A stretch of DNA of 32,000 nucleotides from an uncultured delta proteobacterium (GTDB lineage: Bacteria; Myxococcota_A; Polyangia; Polyangiales; Polyangiaceae): NCBI GenBank assembly GCA_963826085.1, contig CAWGVN010000001.1, positions 44,962-76,961 of the forward strand, in the 5' to 3' direction. Under the pieces are notes generated by a model, which did no database searches, was not told the origin of the DNA, and saw only the letters and a list, made by a program, of their open reading frames with translations. Shown one piece after another: positions 30,631 through 32,000 of the stretch (its first letter is position 1; each line of letters starts with the position of its first letter). The position numbers and the translations under genes are program-made.

Positions 30631-31676
30631 GCCAGCCGCTCCGGAATCCACATGGCGTCGCCGTACGAAAGGAAGGCATAGGACCGGCGCACGGCTTCCT
30701 CGTACGCGCCGAGCGTCCGCTCCCTGCCGGCAAATGCCATCACCAGCGCAAGCAACGTGCTCCTCGGCATGTGGAAGTTGGTGAACAGCCCGTCCACAAC
30801 CCGGAAGCGGTATCCAGGCTGGATGAGCAGGCGCGTTTCCCCGGCGAACGGTCGCACTTCGCCAGGATGCTGCGGGTCCGCGGCGCTCTCGAGAGCGCGC
30901 ACGACCGTGGTGCCTATCGCGATCACCGCTGCACCGCGCCGCCGCGCCGCTCTCACCTGCCCGGCCAGCGCGGCGCCCACGTCGATGCGCTCGGTGTGCA
31001 TGGGGTGGTCGTCGAGATCATCCGCAGCCACCGGCCGGAACGTGCCGACTCCCACGTGCAGCACGAGCCGGCCGAGCTCGACGCCACGCGCTTCGAGCCG
31101 GGAGAGCAGCGCGGTCGACAGGTGCAGCCCCGCAGTCGGCGCAGCGACCGAGCCCGGGTGGCGGGCGTACACCGTCTGGTAGCGCTCGATGTCCTCGGCG
31201 TCGTCCTCGCGGCGGAGGTAGGGCGGGATCGGCACATGCCCGTGACGCTCGAGAGCGGCCTCCACGCCGCCCTCGGCGTGCACGTCGACGTGCAGCGTGC
31301 CGTCGTCGTCTCGTGATTCGACCTCGATCTCGAGCGGACCGACATCGATCCGCGTTCCCGACCGGAGCGGCTTGTTCGCCCGACCCAGCGCCGTCCAACG
31401 CTCGATCCCGCCCCGTCCGCCTTCCCTCGCGAGCAGCAGCAACTCGACGCGCCCGCCCGTACCGTGCCGCGCTCCGATCAGCCGCGAGCGGTAGACCCGG
31501 GTGTCGTTGACGACGACCACAGCCCCCTCCGGCACAAGCTCCGGGAAGTCGGCAATCTGGCGGTGCTCGTAGGCGTCGCGACCAGCGACCAGCAGACGTC
31601 CGCCGTCGCGCTCGGCCGCGGGACGCGACGCGATCAGCTCTTCCGGAAGCACGTAGTCGAGCTCCGCAGTCTTCAC
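30627..31676 (-). CDS. queA: S-adenosylmethionine:tRNA ribosyltransferase-isomerase
   Basis: MKTAELDYVLPEELIASRPAAERDGGRLLV, VVVNDTRVYRSRL, PIPPYLRRE, YQTVYA, GSVAAPTAGLHL, LHVGVGTFRPV, HMH(T)E, GTT..RALES, LITNFHMPRSTLL motif equivalents are all present in order. Confidence 0.95.
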   Translation of the reverse strand: MKTAELDYVLPEELIASRPAAERDGGRLLVAGRDAYEHRQIADFPELVPEGAVVVVNDTRVYRSRLIGARHGTGGRVELLLLAREGGRGGIERWTALGRANKPLRSGTRIDVGPLEIEVESRDDDGTLHVDVHAEGGVEAALERHGHVPIPPYLRREDDAEDIERYQTVYARHPGSVAAPTAGLHLSTALLSRLEARGVELGRLVLHVGVGTFRPVAADDLDDHPMHTERIDVGAALAGQVRAARRRGAAVIAIGTTVVRALESAADPQHPGEVRPFAGETRLLIQPGYRFRVVDGLFTNFHMPRSTLLALVMAFAGRERTLGAYEEAVRRSYAFLSYGDAMWIPERLA

Positions 31677-31729
31677 CGCCGAAACCTGGCACAGCCGCTA
31701 CGCCGCGGCACGTCCGGGCTCAGCGTTTC

Positions 31730-32000
31730 CATTCGACCTGGTAGCTGAGCCCGAGGGTGAGGATGCGTTGCAGGAGCGCCGAGTAGCCGATCCCCGCGCT
31801 CTCCGCGCTCTCGGCGAAATCCTCGCCGTATTTCAAGTCGGGGTTCGGATTCGCCTCCAGCACGTAGACCTGTCCGTCCTCCGAGAGCCTGAGGTCCATG
31901 CGCGCGTAGCCGCTCAGGTTCAGGACGCGATAGATGCGCTTGCAGAGTCGCGCGATGCCGGCTTCCTGCGCCGGCGACAGGCCCTCGGCTCGCTGCGTCT
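31730..32000 (-). CDS. D-alanine--D-alanine ligase family ATP-grasp protein, C-terminal 90 codons (gene runs off the right edge)
   Basis: Reverse translation gives ...LSPAQEAGIARLCKRIYRVLNLSGYARMDLRLSEDGQVYVLEANPNPDLKYGEDFAESAESAGIGYSALLQRILTLGLSYQVEWKR*. This is collinear with the Ddl C-terminus (G.GR.D..L..DG..Y.LE.N..PG). The stop is at 31730-31732. Confidence 0.65.

Noticed and set aside
27598-30681. 1027-aa + strand ORF spanning the hydrolase and tgt regions
   Set aside because: It is antisense to two genes with unmistakable homology features (GxSxG hydrolase, Tgt) and has wrong-frame Arg-rich composition. It is a high-GC artefact.

Overview
High-GC, gene-dense chromosomal segment with GC3-saturated codons and long spurious antisense ORFs throughout. 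The gene content points, by inference, to a Myxococcota-type organism: an AgmX/PglI-type C-terminal domain protein, Myxococcus-type and MopE-like cysteine-rich repeats, a zinc-ribbon-fused Ser/Thr kinase, proline-rich linkers and a sigma-32-like factor. I call 26 protein-coding genes (two run off the window edges) plus one RNA gene, RNase P RNA. Housekeeping anchors are hisF, an ErpA/IscA-type Fe-S carrier, an RpoH-like sigma factor, rnpB, tgt, queA, a Ddl-family ATP-grasp fragment and a Xer-type recombinase fragment. By eye I saw no CRISPR array, tRNA/rRNA gene, IS element or prophage. The best candidate for an undescribed system is a minus-strand operon at 15928-21693. It is a tandem duplication of a two-gene module, each a divergent S41-like PDZ peptidase followed by a six-cysteine lipoprotein. 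All three internal junctions are ATGA start/stop overlaps, and a Pro-rich, Gly-rich beta-barrel-like gene follows. The layout resembles the Prc-NlpI and CtpA-LbcA protease-lipoprotein pairs, but the lipoprotein partner is not a TPR protein and the peptidase motif lacks the canonical lysine. Secondary items: a translationally coupled module of zinc-ribbon/KTMLG-repeat membrane protein, zinc-ribbon Ser/Thr kinase with PPC-like ectodomain, and beta-propeller; a histidine-less tandem pseudo-histidine-kinase next to a canonical CheY-like regulator; an AgmX/GltJ-like protein beside a MshEN-REC-TPR regulator; a probable frameshift in an alpha/beta-hydrolase lipoprotein; and an atypically AT-rich 415-nt leader upstream of the sigma-32-like gene. 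All domain calls rest on motif recognition by eye, and gene starts are provisional.
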